Assembly: GCA_014384345.1 (NCBI GenBank)
Contig: JACNGB010000020.1
Span: 14,641 to 78,640, forward strand
Direction of reading: 5' to 3'
Source of the DNA: Candidatus Thioglobus pontius
GTDB taxonomy: Bacteria > Pseudomonadota > Gammaproteobacteria > PS1 > Pseudothioglobaceae
DNA: 64,000 nucleotides
Shown here: positions 10,657-26,362 of the stretch, piece by piece
Layout: each line of letters opens with the position of its first letter
Numbering within the stretch: position 1 is the stretch's first letter
Made by a program: the position numbers and the translations under genes
The notes under the pieces: model-generated
The model's input: the letters and a program-made list of their open reading frames with translations, nothing else
Told to the model about the DNA's origin: nothing
The model's database searches: none

Positions 10657-13327
10657 GGCAGTTTTTGTATTTTTTACCCGATCCACAAGGGCATGGCTCG
10701 TTACGGCCTACCTTGTTATATTCAGGGGCGTCGTCAGCTTGTTGAGCAGCTTCCACCTCATGATCGTCAACACCCGTTGTACCAATTTCATCGTGTTGCG
10801 TTTGAACCTCATCGTTGTTTTGTTGCTCAACTTCATCGGCATTGGTGTTTTCATTAATAGTAACACTGGATAAGGATTTGACAATTTCAATGTCAATGTT
10901 GTCTAGTAAGTCGGTAAACATGGCAAATGATTCACGCTTGTATTCTTGTGTTGGATTTTTTTGCGCATAACCACGTAAATTAACACTTTGACGCAAATAA
11001 TCCATTGCGGCCAAGTGCTCCTTCCAATAGTGATCTAGCGTTTGCAGCATGACCGCTTTTTCAAAACCGCGCATCGATTCAGCGCCTGTTAAACTTTCTT
11101 TATAATCACAAATCGCAGCCAAACCTTCAACAATTCTGCTTTCTAATTCGTCAACATCAACCCCTTCATCAAGCCATTGCTGCAGTGGGAAATCAGCTTT
11201 ATAATCAGCCTTTAACGCATTGTGCAAACCTTCAACATCCCAATCTTCTTCTGCTTGATCTGTACTAATGTAGCCAGCAAACAATTCACCAATCACCTGC
11301 TTTCTAATTGTTATAAAACGATCTTGAACATCATTGGTGCTCATTAGCTCATCGCGCAATGTGTAAATTACCTTACGCTGGTCATTGGCAACGTCATCAT
11401 ATTCTAATAAATTTTTACGGGCATCATAATTCATGCCCTCGACTTTACGCTGCGCATTTTCAATGGCACGATTAACCATTTTGTGCTCAATCGCCTCGCC
11501 TTTCTCCATGCCTAATTTTTTCATCATATTAGCCATTTTTTCACTGGCAAAAATACGCATTAAGTTATCTTCAAGTGACAAATAAAAACGCGTTGAACCA
11601 ACATCACCTTGACGACCAGAACGGCCACGCAATTGATTATCAACACGACGAGACTCATTACGCTCAGTACCAACAATATGCAATCCACCTGCTGAAATAA
11701 CCTTGTCATGCTCAAGCGTCCAGTCTTGCTTTTGCTTGTCGGTTGCGTTTTCTACAAGTTTGCCACCAAGCACAATATCTGTACCACGACCCGCCATGTT
11801 GGTCGCAATGGTAACCGACCCAATTGCACCTGCATTAGCAATAATCGTTGCCTCTCTTTCATGTTGCTTGGCATTCAACACTTCGTGCTTGATTTTTTTC
11901 TTAGTTAGCAGGGTAGAGATAGCTTCGGAGTTTTCAATACTGCTGGTACCAACCAACACTGGCTGACCAGTTTGCTGACATTGCTCAACATCGTTGGCAA
12001 TGGCTTCTAATTTCTCTTCAAGCGTTAGGTAGATTTGATCAGCTTTGTCGTCTCGTTCGGAGATTTTATTTGGCGGGATGACTACAGTTTCTAGGCCGTA
12101 AATATCTTGAAATTCTACCGCTTCTGTGTCTGCCGTACCGGTCATGCCCGAGAGTTTGTTGTAAAGTCGGAAATAATTCTGGAAGGTGATTGAAGCCAGC
12201 GTTTGGTTTTCTTTCTTAATGCTAACCCCTTCTTTGGCCTCAATGGCCTGATGCAATCCCTCGCTCCAGCGACGCCCCGGCATAGTTCTACCGGTGAATT
12301 CATCAACAATTACAATTTCATCGCCGTCAACAATGTATTGATCATTCACATGAAACAAGATATGTGCGCGCAGGGCAGAATTAATGTGTTGCATCAGCAA
12401 AATGTTGCTAGCATCATACAAACTTGCACCTTCGGGAAGAGCGCCTGCATTGATGAGCAAATCTTCCGCTTTAGCGTGGCCATCGTCCGTTAAAAATACC
12501 TGCTTGTGCTTTTCATCAACCGTATAGTCACCAGCAATCTCTACCACTATTTCCTTGCCTTCACCACTCTCTGTTTGTTTGGTAAAGTTCGGAATCATGT
12601 GATTAATGGCTTTATACACTTCAGAATAATCCGCTGCAGGGCCTGAAATGATAAGCGGCGTTCTAGCCTCGTCAATCAAAATAGAATCAACTTCATCAAC
12701 AATGGCAAAATTTAAACCTCTTTGAACTTTTTGCTCAGTGGTAAACGCCATGTTGTCACGCAAATAATCAAAGCCTAATTCATTGTTGGTGGCATAAACA
12801 ATATCACACCCGTACGCCGCTTGTTTATCTTCAGGCGGTTTATTGGCTGCAATAATGCCCACTGTTAAGCCCAAAAATTCAAACACCTTGCCCATCCACT
12901 GGGCGTCGCGTTCGGCTAAGTAGTCATTCACCGTAACAACATGCACGCCGTTACCAGTCAACGCATTGAGATAGGCGGGTAATGTGGCCACCAAAGTTTT
13001 ACCCTCGCCAGTACCCATTTCTGAAATATTGCCATCATTTAACACCATGCCACCAATTAGCTGAACATCATGATGTCTCAACCCCAATACTCTAACACTA
13101 GCCTCTCTCATCACCGCAAAAGCTTCGACTAGCAATAAATCAAGTGATTGTTCAGCCTGATAACGCTCTTTAAATTCTTGTGTTTTAGCGCGTAATTCAT
13201 CATCGCTCAACGCTTGCATGGCTGCCTCTAGGGCGCTAATTTCACCCACTGTTTTTCTTAGCTTTTTAATCAGGCGCTCATTTCTAGAGCCAACAATTTT
13301 GGATAAAACTTTATTTATAATACTCAT
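10649..13327 (-). CDS. secA: preprotein translocase ATPase SecA
   Basis: 892 aa. It has the MGTGEGKT Walker A motif and the C-terminal zinc motif [14 protein letters not shown]. Confidence 0.97.
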   Translation of the reverse strand: MSIINKVLSKIVGSRNERLIKKLRKTVGEISALEAAMQALSDDELRAKTQEFKERYQAEQSLDLLLVEAFAVMREASVRVLGLRHHDVQLIGGMVLNDGNISEMGTGEGKTLVATLPAYLNALTGNGVHVVTVNDYLAERDAQWMGKVFEFLGLTVGIIAANKPPEDKQAAYGCDIVYATNNELGFDYLRDNMAFTTEQKVQRGLNFAIVDEVDSILIDEARTPLIISGPAADYSEVYKAINHMIPNFTKQTESGEGKEIVVEIAGDYTVDEKHKQVFLTDDGHAKAEDLLINAGALPEGASLYDASNILLMQHINSALRAHILFHVNDQYIVDGDEIVIVDEFTGRTMPGRRWSEGLHQAIEAKEGVSIKKENQTLASITFQNYFRLYNKLSGMTGTADTEAVEFQDIYGLETVVIPPNKISERDDKADQIYLTLEEKLEAIANDVEQCQQTGQPVLVGTSSIENSEAISTLLTKKKIKHEVLNAKQHEREATIIANAGAIGSVTIATNMAGRGTDIVLGGKLVENATDKQKQDWTLEHDKVISAGGLHIVGTERNESRRVDNQLRGRSGRQGDVGSTRFYLSLEDNLMRIFASEKMANMMKKLGMEKGEAIEHKMVNRAIENAQRKVEGMNYDARKNLLEYDDVANDQRKVIYTLRDELMSTNDVQDRFITIRKQVIGELFAGYISTDQAEEDWDVEGLHNALKADYKADFPLQQWLDEGVDVDELESRIVEGLAAICDYKESLTGAESMRGFEKAVMLQTLDHYWKEHLAAMDYLRQSVNLRGYAQKNPTQEYKRESFAMFTDLLDNIDIEIVKSLSSVTINENTNADEVEQQNNDEVQTQHDEIGTTGVDDHEVEAAQQADDAPEYNKVGRNEPCPCGSGKKYKNCHG

Positions 13328-13387
13328 ATAGAATATAAAGAATGGTTTTTGATAAAAAAACCTATTTTCTCATAGATAAACAAGGCT

Positions 13388-13699
13388 TTGCATCAAATGT
13401 GTCAGCATAAACCCATGATTGATATTTCCAATTTTTCTGCCCAAGGATCATTGGGCAGATTATTCTCACAAGCAAAGCACTATAATAAAATTAACGCCGC
13501 ACTACAGCCGATTTTGCCTGAAACACTCAAAACACTAGAGCTTTGTCTCATTCAACAAGGGGTGGCAACTCTGATTACCAATAATCCTGCCATTGCCTTT
13601 AGAGCCAAACAACAAATTCCTGAAATTATGACCTTAATACGTACCGCCTCACCCTCGATTGAAATAAACCACATTAAAATTAAGGTTGCTGCCAATTAA
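13388..13699 (+). CDS. DUF721/DciA-like small protein (start codon uncertain: TTG 13388, ATG 13397 or ATG 13415)
   Basis: About 100 aa and divergent from secA, a position typical for DUF721 genes in gammaproteobacteria. The pattern of hydrophobic residues fits this family. Assignment is from memory and synteny only. Confidence 0.45.
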   Translation: MHQMCQHKPMIDISNFSAQGSLGRLFSQAKHYNKINAALQPILPETLKTLELCLIQQGVATLITNNPAIAFRAKQQIPEIMTLIRTASPSIEINHIKIKVAAN

Positions 13700-13812
13700 T
13701 AACGCAACAGCGGGTAAATTGTTTATCATATATCGCTAATATTACAGTATAATTATTGGGTTTTTCATTATAGATTTAATCTATACACACTCAAATAAAG
13801 GACTGTAATCTT

Positions 13813-14409
13813 ATGTCAGAACAAGAAATAGACTTAAAGAAAAGACGCTTTTTGACAGGTGCCACTAGTGTTGTTGGTGCGGTAGGCGTTGGTTTTGTAT
13901 TGGTACCATTTTTATCATCGTGGATGCCTTCAGCACGCGCAAAAGCTGCTGGTGCACCCGTTGATGTAGATATTACAAAATTAGAAGAAGGTCAGCTTGT
14001 TCGTGTCTTATGGCGCAAAAAGCCAGTTTGGATCTTTAGGCGTGACAAAACAGTGCTGGCAAACTTGCCAACACTTGACGCTGAATTGGTTGATCCAAAT
14101 AACACAGAAGATCAGCAGCCAGAATATGCTAGAAACCCTCACCGTTCAATCAACCCTGAAATTGCGGTTATGATTGGCATTTGTACACACTTGGGCTGTT
14201 CACCAACTTACCGTCCTGAAGTGGGTGCGGCTGATTTAGGCGGTGATGCTTGGAAAGGTGGTTTTTACTGTCCATGTCACGGTTCTAAATTCGACTTGGC
14301 GGGTAGGGTATATGCTGGCGTTCCAGCGCCAATCAACCTGGCCATTCCGCCATATCATTTTGTGACTGATTCATTAATTAGAATTGGCATTGACCCAAAA
14401 GCATCATAG
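13813..14409 (+). CDS. petA: ubiquinol-cytochrome c reductase Rieske iron-sulfur subunit
   Basis: Tat-like RRRFL leader. Rieske motifs CTHLGC and CPCHGS. Confidence 0.95.
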   Translation: MSEQEIDLKKRRFLTGATSVVGAVGVGFVLVPFLSSWMPSARAKAAGAPVDVDITKLEEGQLVRVLWRKKPVWIFRRDKTVLANLPTLDAELVDPNNTEDQQPEYARNPHRSINPEIAVMIGICTHLGCSPTYRPEVGAADLGGDAWKGGFYCPCHGSKFDLAGRVYAGVPAPINLAIPPYHFVTDSLIRIGIDPKAS

Positions 14410-14418
14410 GAGCATAGC

Positions 14419-15645
14419 GTGGATAATAATAAAAATTGGATCGATCAAAGATTTCCGCTGACTAAAGTTTGGAATGAACATTTAGCTGAGTACTATACCC
14501 CTAGAAACTTTAACTTTTGGTACTTCTTTGGCTCTTTAGCCATTCTAGTACTGGTTATTCAAATCTTAACTGGTGTCTTTTTAACCATGCACTTTAAGCC
14601 AGATGCAGCACTTGCATTTGCATCGGTCGAATACATCATGCGTGATGTAGACTGGGGCTGGCTCATTCGCTATATTCATTCAACGGGCGCCTCGGCTTTC
14701 TTTGTTGTGATTTATCTACATATGTATCGCGGCCTACTATACGGCTCATACAAAGCGCCTAGAGAATTAATTTGGATTTTAGGCATGGTGCTCTACATTG
14801 CCTTAATGGCTGAAGCCTTTATGGGTTATGTACTGCCGTGGGGTCAAATGTCATACTGGGGTGCAAAAGTAATCATCAACTTATTTGGCTCATTCCCAGT
14901 TATTGGCGACATCTTATTAGAATTTATCTTGGGTGACTACGCGGTAGGTGATCCTGCGCTTAATCGCTTCTTCTCTTTACACGTTATAGCCTTACCGCTT
15001 ATCTTAGTTGTATTAGTGTTCTTACACATTGTTGCACTACACACAGTAGGCTCTAACAACCCTGATGGTGTTGAAATCAAAAAGAACAAGGATGCCGACG
15101 GCATTCCAAAAGACGGTATTCCGTTTCACCCATACTACAGTGTTAAAGATATTGTGGGTGTGGTGGTATTCTTAATGATCTTCACTTCTATTGTATTCTT
15201 TGCACCAGCCCTAGGTGGCTACTTCTTGGAGGCTCCAAACTTCGTTGAAGCAAACCCACTTAAGACGCCAGATCACATTGCGCCACTTTGGTACTTAACA
15301 CCGTTCTACTCTGTGTTAAGAGCCATCCCGCCAATGTTTGGCTCTCAGCTACCGGGCGTACTAGCAATGTTTGCAGCCTTGTTGATTCTTGTTGCGCTAC
15401 CATGGTTAGATCGCTCTAAAGTTAAGTCAATCAGATACCGTTCATGGCCATACAAGGTAGCACTAGCTATCTTTGTAGTCACATTTATCGTATTAGGTTG
15501 GTTGGGCATGCAAGCCGTAACACCACTATACAGCTTAATGGCTCAAATCTTTACAGCCCTTTACTTTGCATTCTTTATCCTGATGCCTTGGTTTACTTCA
15601 ATTGGAGAGACCAAGCCGGTGCCTGAGAGAACAACGGAGCATTAA
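14419..15645 (+). CDS. petB: cytochrome b of the bc1 complex
   Basis: 408 aa and multi-TM, with conserved haem-ligand His pairs and the PEWY-region equivalent. It lies between petA and petC. GTG start. Confidence 0.95.
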   Translation: MDNNKNWIDQRFPLTKVWNEHLAEYYTPRNFNFWYFFGSLAILVLVIQILTGVFLTMHFKPDAALAFASVEYIMRDVDWGWLIRYIHSTGASAFFVVIYLHMYRGLLYGSYKAPRELIWILGMVLYIALMAEAFMGYVLPWGQMSYWGAKVIINLFGSFPVIGDILLEFILGDYAVGDPALNRFFSLHVIALPLILVVLVFLHIVALHTVGSNNPDGVEIKKNKDADGIPKDGIPFHPYYSVKDIVGVVVFLMIFTSIVFFAPALGGYFLEAPNFVEANPLKTPDHIAPLWYLTPFYSVLRAIPPMFGSQLPGVLAMFAALLILVALPWLDRSKVKSIRYRSWPYKVALAIFVVTFIVLGWLGMQAVTPLYSLMAQIFTALYFAFFILMPWFTSIGETKPVPERTTEH

Positions 15646-15646
15646 T

Positions 15647-16336
15647 ATGAAAACATTATTCAACACAACACTGTCTGCAGTTGCAGCAATGATTATCTCT
15701 TTTAACGCAACAGCTGGTGGCGCTGGCGTTCATTTAGATCCTGCCAACACAGATATCAACGATGAAGCCTCATTACAACGTGGTGCACAATCTTTTATGA
15801 ACTATTGTTCTGGTTGTCACTCTATTGAGTTAATGCGTTACAACCGCATTGCAAAAGATCTAAACATTAGTGAAACTGACATGGCTAACAACCTGATGTT
15901 TAATGCTGAAAAAACGGGCAGCACCATCTTCTCTTCAATGCCGGACGATGGCGCTAAAGAATGGTTTGGCACAACACCACCAGACCTATCGCTTACCGCT
16001 AGAGCTAGAGGTACAGACTGGGTTTACACTTACCTAAAAGGCTTCTATGCCGATGATTCGCGCCCATACGGTGTTAATAACCATGTACTGGAAAACGCCT
16101 CAATGCCTGATGTTCTTTGGCAGCTAAAACAGGATAAATCTGAAAGAGCTTTTAATCAAGATGTCAGAGATATTACGAATTTCTTGGATTATGTGGCAGA
16201 ACCTGTTAAGCTAATCAGATACGAGATTGGTGTTAAAGTATTAGGCTTCTTGTTCATCTTGTTTATTCTTGCTTATCTACTTAAGAAAGAATACTGGAAA
16301 GATGTTAAGTACGGCAAATGGCGTGCGAAAGACTAA
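15647..16336 (+). CDS. petC: cytochrome c1
   Basis: Signal peptide, CSGCHS haem motif and a C-terminal TM anchor. The ATG at 15647 follows the petB stop directly. The track ORF from 15602 is over-extended. Confidence 0.92.
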   Translation: MKTLFNTTLSAVAAMIISFNATAGGAGVHLDPANTDINDEASLQRGAQSFMNYCSGCHSIELMRYNRIAKDLNISETDMANNLMFNAEKTGSTIFSSMPDDGAKEWFGTTPPDLSLTARARGTDWVYTYLKGFYADDSRPYGVNNHVLENASMPDVLWQLKQDKSERAFNQDVRDITNFLDYVAEPVKLIRYEIGVKVLGFLFILFILAYLLKKEYWKDVKYGKWRAKD

Positions 16337-16363
16337 CTAAACAATAACACCAAATAAACACAT

Positions 16364-16397
16364 AACAGCAGTCTTAAAATGGGCCTGCTGTTTTTTT
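16364..16397 (+). terminator. rho-independent terminator after petABC
   Basis: AACAGCAG...CTGCTGTT stem followed by a T7 run. Confidence 0.7.
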
Positions 16398-16418
16398 CAT
16401 TTTTAAGGGGTAGCAATC

Positions 16419-17048
16419 ATGTTAACAAAACCTAATCCATCTTCAACAACACTTTATTCATCTCCACAAGAGATTGAGTCGCACGTTGTTCGCTTCATTA
16501 TGGCTGAAAAGAACATTGAAAGAGAGGTGTTTAACATTAAGATTGACGAGATGCCAGAAGAGATTCTAGAACTTAACCCTTGTCAAACTCTGCCTACCTT
16601 ATTTGATCGTGGCATTGTACTTTATGACCTATCGGTGATCATGGAGTATCTTGATGAGCGCTTCCCATTTCCGCCATTATTACCCGTCGACCCCATTGAA
16701 AAATCAGAAAAGCGTTTGATGATTTTTAGATTCACTCGCTCTGCGGGCTGTTGGTTTGAATTAACCAGAACCATTGAAACCGGCAGTAAAAAAGAGGCTG
16801 ATGAAGCGCGCAAAATTCTTAAAAGCAATTTAATTGAATTAGTGCCTTTGTTTGCTTACAAGCCATTCTTTAAGAGTGAAGAGATGACTATTGTTGACGC
16901 TTGTCTAGCAGCATTACTATGGCGACTAAAAAAATTAGATGTTGATTTAGGTGCACCTGGCAAAGTGGTTACTGACTATGCTAAGCGTCTATTTTCAAGA
17001 GACTCATTTAAAGAATCTTTAACTGACTGCGAAAAAGAATACAACTAA
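16419..17048 (+). CDS. sspA: stringent starvation protein A (GST-like)
   Basis: LNP.QT.PTL.DR......S.IIMEYLDERFP.PPL matches E. coli SspA closely. It is followed by sspB. Confidence 0.92.
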   Translation: MLTKPNPSSTTLYSSPQEIESHVVRFIMAEKNIEREVFNIKIDEMPEEILELNPCQTLPTLFDRGIVLYDLSVIMEYLDERFPFPPLLPVDPIEKSEKRLMIFRFTRSAGCWFELTRTIETGSKKEADEARKILKSNLIELVPLFAYKPFFKSEEMTIVDACLAALLWRLKKLDVDLGAPGKVVTDYAKRLFSRDSFKESLTDCEKEYN

Positions 17049-17053
17049 TACCT

Positions 17054-17410
17054 ATGGTTGCGGTTGCGCCTTATTTGATTAGAGCTTATCATCAATGGAT
17101 GGAAGACTCTGACTTTACCGCTCACATCCTGGTTGATTGCAGCCACAAAGATGTGGTTGTGCCAGAACAGTTTATTCAAGACAATCGTATTGTATTAAAC
17201 ATTGCCAGCACAGCAACACAATCACTGGTGTTAGATAATGATTATATTAGCTTTAAAGCTAGATTCTCCGGGCAGTCAATTGACATTTACATACCAACTT
17301 CGGCAGTCTTAAGTATTTATACAGGTGAGAATGGCGAAGGCATGTTCTTTGAAGTGCAAAAACCAGCAGACCCTGAAGACAAAAAACCTAATCTAACCTT
17401 ATTAGACTAG
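17054..17410 (+). CDS. sspB: ClpXP adaptor SspB (short form)
   Basis: PYLIRAYHQWMEDSDFTAHILVD...IVLNI matches the SspB substrate-binding domain. The C-terminal tail is much shorter than in E. coli. Confidence 0.85.
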   Translation: MVAVAPYLIRAYHQWMEDSDFTAHILVDCSHKDVVVPEQFIQDNRIVLNIASTATQSLVLDNDYISFKARFSGQSIDIYIPTSAVLSIYTGENGEGMFFEVQKPADPEDKKPNLTLLD

Positions 17411-18037
17411 TAATTTCTGCAAGCTTAACTCAAAATCGCCAGGATTATTCCCATTGTAAATAACCACCTTACAACCCCCGTAATGCTCGATAACTTCAGC
17501 ATTATTTAGGGTGTTCGATTTAAATTGATTTAACACAATACCAACAACTGTTAATTGGTATTGTGTTGCCACTTTCAAGGTTAGTAAAGCCTGATTAACT
17601 GCGCCCAATTCGTCTTTAAGCACAATAACTACAGGCAAATCCAAGGCAACAGCCAAGTCAATATTAAGCGTGTTTAGTGCTATTGGGGAGAGTAGTCCGC
17701 CAGCCCCTTCGACCACCACATAATGATCACTAGCACAGACATCAACCAGCTGTCTCAAACCCAGATCAACACCTGAGGCGATACTGGCTTGCTCTGCACT
17801 ACAGCATTGACTGAACTGATAAGCGCAAACAGTATTAATATCCTCGTCGACATTGCTCGCTTCAAGCAAGGCGGCGGCGTCTTTAGTCACTAATTTTTTA
17901 CCAACCAATTGGCAGTCACTTTCAACCGGTTTTCTAACCGCAACCTGCCTTGTTTGGGCAAGCAAACGAATCAACTTGGTGGCAATAAATGTTTTACCCA
18001 CATCTGTACCGCTACCACTAATAAACAAGCCTTTCAT
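17402..18037 (-). CDS. bioD: ATP-dependent dethiobiotin synthetase
   Basis: MKGLFISGSGTDVGKT P-loop start. The track ORF is over-extended upstream to 18082. Confidence 0.88.
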   Translation of the reverse strand: MKGLFISGSGTDVGKTFIATKLIRLLAQTRQVAVRKPVESDCQLVGKKLVTKDAAALLEASNVDEDINTVCAYQFSQCCSAEQASIASGVDLGLRQLVDVCASDHYVVVEGAGGLLSPIALNTLNIDLAVALDLPVVIVLKDELGAVNQALLTLKVATQYQLTVVGIVLNQFKSNTLNNAEVIEHYGGCKVVIYNGNNPGDFELSLQKLLV

Positions 18038-18076
18038 AATTACTAATTTTAACAGCAAAAATGTATAATACGGCGT

Positions 18077-19039
18077 ATGCATAATAACTTAAAAACTCAA
18101 TTTTGTGGCCTTGAGCTAGACTCGCCAATCGTGCTACTTTCTGGCTGTGTTGGCTTTGGCGAAGAATACACCCGAATCGATGGTTTTTCTAATACAGATG
18201 TCGGCGCCATATGTCTCAAAGGCACGACGCTAGAGCCACGCCTTGGCAATATTCCTAGCCGAGTTACTGAAACACCACAAGGCATGATTAATGCGATTGG
18301 TTTGCAGAATCCAGGCGCTGATGTGGTGATTAACGACATTATGCCCAGCCTTGATAAATCTGAAACTCGTTTTATTATTAACATTTCAGGCTCCTCTGTG
18401 GAGGAATATGGCGAGATTGCTAAACGCTTTGACGACTCCGATATTGACGCCATTGAAATCAACATCTCATGTCCTAACGTTAAAGAGGGTGGCGTAGCCT
18501 TTGGTAATGACCCTGATATGTCATACCGAGTGGTTGATATTTGTCGTCAAAATACCAGCAAACCGATCATCACCAAACTCTCACCTAATCAAACCGATAT
18601 CGCTCTGAGTGCTCAACGCTGTATCGATGCTGGCACTGATGGCTTGGCGGTAATCAACACCTTAATGGGTATGTCGATTGATACCGAAACAAGACAGCCT
18701 GTTATTGGTAACAATCAAGGTGGCTTATCCGGACCAGCCATTAAGCCAGTGGCTCTACTAAAAGTACATCAAGTCTATCAGGTGAGCAAGCATCACAATG
18801 TACCAATTATTGGCCAAGGTGGTATTATGACCGCCAACGATGCCATTGAATTTATTATTGCTGGTGCAGCAACGGTTGGCGTTGGCACTGCCTTATTTTA
18901 TGACCCATTAGTTTGTCATAAAATTAATGATGGCATTAGTCAATATTTAATCGATCACAATCTAGATAGTGTTAACAACCTAGTTGGCACACTACAACTT
19001 AACTCGGCCATTTCACCTTGTGATATTGGTAGCAAATAA
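18077..19039 (+). CDS. pyrD: dihydroorotate dehydrogenase, class 1 (1B-like catalytic subunit)
   Basis: There is no N-terminal membrane or quinone extension. The active-site loop EINISCPNVKEGG has the class 1 catalytic Cys. Confidence 0.85.
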   Translation: MHNNLKTQFCGLELDSPIVLLSGCVGFGEEYTRIDGFSNTDVGAICLKGTTLEPRLGNIPSRVTETPQGMINAIGLQNPGADVVINDIMPSLDKSETRFIINISGSSVEEYGEIAKRFDDSDIDAIEINISCPNVKEGGVAFGNDPDMSYRVVDICRQNTSKPIITKLSPNQTDIALSAQRCIDAGTDGLAVINTLMGMSIDTETRQPVIGNNQGGLSGPAIKPVALLKVHQVYQVSKHHNVPIIGQGGIMTANDAIEFIIAGAATVGVGTALFYDPLVCHKINDGISQYLIDHNLDSVNNLVGTLQLNSAISPCDIGSK

Positions 19040-21505
<2,466 letters not shown>

Positions 21506-21517
21506 CCCGCTATTTGC

Positions 21518-22822
21518 TTAAAAAATAGACAATCCTAGGCCAATACCTGCACTTATTGCTATCACTGTCATAATCCCTATTTTGTAGCGAAATAGGGCGA
21601 TAAAAGCAGCCACAGTAATGGCGATTGAAATCCAATCAAATTGATTATTCTGAATCCAGGTAGCCAAAGCAAAAAAGACTGCTAAATTAACAATAACACC
21701 AACTACAGCTGCCGTAACTGCCGACAGAGGTGCGCTGAACTTCAAATCACCTCGGGTTGCTTCAACACCAGGACCACCCAAAAAGATAAACAAAAACGAG
21801 GGTAAAAAAGTGAAAAAAGTCGCCACCGAAGCACCCACAAAGCCCGACATTAACATAGTATCTGGTCCAAATACTTCTTTGACTGTCGCACCAACAAAGC
21901 CCACAAATGCCACCACCATAATTAAAGGTCCGGGCGTGGTCTCACCCAAGGCCAAACCATCCATCATTTGTGCGGCAGTTAGCCATTGATAGTGATCAAC
22001 GCCGCCTTGATAAATATAAGGCAATACCGCATAAGCACCACCAAAGGTAACCAAGGCGGCTTTAGTGAAAAACTCACCCATATCTCGTAATACAGTATTC
22101 TCTAACAAGCTCATCACCACCAAACCTAAAAACACACCAACAACTGCAAATGAGATTAATCGCGACCAGTTAAATTTAGCATGCTCAGGTATGGGGGTAT
22201 CATCATCAATTAGCGCGGGACCATAACCGAACCCACCCTCACCATGATGAGCGCTCGTAGTAAATGTTTTGGTCGATATTTTTGCACCAATATAACCAAT
22301 TAAAGCTGCTGTTAATACAATATATGGAAAGGCTATTTCAAACTGAAATATTGCCACAAATGCCAGTACTGCTAAAATTTTTAGTGTTGAATTTGGCAGT
22401 GCTTTTGAACCAATACGATACGCTGCAAATAAGACAATAGCGGTTACCGCAGGTTTAATGCCGTACAGTATTCCAGAAACTTCATTAACCGAGCCATAGC
22501 TCAAATAAATCCAAGTTAAGGCACTTAAAATAAATAACGAAGGCAGTACAAACAACACACCAGCAACAATACCACCCCGAACACCAAACATCAGCCAGCC
22601 GATATAGGTGGCTAATTGTTGAGCCTCTGGCCCTGGTAACACCATGGTGTAATTTAGCGCATGTAAAAAACGATGTTCAGAAATCCATCGGCGCTTTTCA
22701 ACCAACTCTTGATGCATCATAGAAATTTGACCTGCAGGGCCACCAAAACTAATAAAACCGAGCTTTAACCAATAAATGAAAAATTGATAAAAACTTGGTT
22801 TTTCTGGGGTGTTATTGTTCAT
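21518..22822 (-). CDS. chrA: chromate ion transporter (fused CHR domains)
   Basis: 434 aa polytopic protein with FISFGGPAGQISMMH and a second GGAYAVLPY CHR repeat. Confidence 0.85.
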   Translation of the reverse strand: MNNNTPEKPSFYQFFIYWLKLGFISFGGPAGQISMMHQELVEKRRWISEHRFLHALNYTMVLPGPEAQQLATYIGWLMFGVRGGIVAGVLFVLPSLFILSALTWIYLSYGSVNEVSGILYGIKPAVTAIVLFAAYRIGSKALPNSTLKILAVLAFVAIFQFEIAFPYIVLTAALIGYIGAKISTKTFTTSAHHGEGGFGYGPALIDDDTPIPEHAKFNWSRLISFAVVGVFLGLVVMSLLENTVLRDMGEFFTKAALVTFGGAYAVLPYIYQGGVDHYQWLTAAQMMDGLALGETTPGPLIMVVAFVGFVGATVKEVFGPDTMLMSGFVGASVATFFTFLPSFLFIFLGGPGVEATRGDLKFSAPLSAVTAAVVGVIVNLAVFFALATWIQNNQFDWISIAITVAAFIALFRYKIGIMTVIAISAGIGLGLSIF

Positions 22823-22897
22823 TATTCTCTCCCAAAAATAAAAAAACCTTGATGATTGTCATAATCACCAAGGCTATTTAGCTAAAAAATACTAGAA

Positions 22898-23782
22898 CTA
22901 CTTGTTAGCCATTAACTCATCAATGATAGGTGTTAACATGTGATCCATCACATCTACCATGTAACTACCCTTATAAACCAATGTTGTGTCATTTTGTAAG
23001 AATGCCATGGCATCTGTAGGTAGCTTATCGGCAACCGCTTGAAGATCAACACCGTCAATACGTACACTAGTCACTACCAATGAATCTTCTGGTGATGGCA
23101 CCGCTTGACCACTAAATGGGTTAGAGGTATCAACTAATGGAATTCGGTGAAAATTAATGTGTGTATTGTCAAACTGCGGGGTAATAAACTCAACATAATC
23201 CGGCATACGATCAAGAATAATCTCAGCTACTTGCTCTGGCGTATAAGGGCGCTCAGAGGTGTCACGGTGAATTTTTTGAATCCACTCAATGTTAACAGCA
23301 GGTACAACGCCAACCAATAAATCTACTTGAGAAGCAACATCAGAATTTGGTGTTTTTACACCACCATGTAAACCTTCATAAAACATCAAATCAGAGCCTG
23401 ATTCAATATCTTCCCACGGGGTAAATTGACCCGGCTCTAGATTTGTACCTAGGCGTGCATTATGCTCTACCGCTTCTTCGTCTGAATGAATGTAGTAACG
23501 TTTTTGACCAGTACCGTCTTGACCGTATTGAGTAAACAATGCTTCAAGCTTATCAAAATGATTAGCATTTTCTGCAAAATGTGTTAATACTTTACCGGCA
23601 GCACGAGATTTCTCAACCTCAACTTTCATGTCTGCACGTTCAAATTTATGAAAACTATCACCTTCAACAATACTAACGTTTAAATTTTTTGCATCAAAAA
23701 TACGCTCAAAAGCTTTTTTTACAAATGTTGTGCCTGCGCCTGATGAGCCTGTTACAGCAACGACTGGATGTTGTTTAGACAT
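22898..23782 (-). CDS. prk: phosphoribulokinase
   Basis: HPVVAVTGSSGAGTT P-loop and 294 aa, the bacterial CbbP/PrkB type. Confidence 0.9.
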   Translation of the reverse strand: MSKQHPVVAVTGSSGAGTTFVKKAFERIFDAKNLNVSIVEGDSFHKFERADMKVEVEKSRAAGKVLTHFAENANHFDKLEALFTQYGQDGTGQKRYYIHSDEEAVEHNARLGTNLEPGQFTPWEDIESGSDLMFYEGLHGGVKTPNSDVASQVDLLVGVVPAVNIEWIQKIHRDTSERPYTPEQVAEIILDRMPDYVEFITPQFDNTHINFHRIPLVDTSNPFSGQAVPSPEDSLVVTSVRIDGVDLQAVADKLPTDAMAFLQNDTTLVYKGSYMVDVMDHMLTPIIDELMANK

Positions 23783-23814
23783 AATATATCTCCTTGTTTA
23801 TCTATAATTAATAT

Positions 23815-26238
<2,424 letters not shown>

Positions 26239-26362
26239 TTATTATACCACGAGCAAGACAAATACACGCCAACATACGACTTTTTTTCAAGGAGTTTATT
26301 ATTTTTATATTTACTGATACAAAAGGGATATAGCGCTATTTGTGCTAATTAAACAACAAATA

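Noticed and set aside
10522-10896. Several short ORFs at the anmK/secA junction
   Set aside because: They overlap the 3' end of secA and the 5' end of anmK in other frames. There is no independent support.
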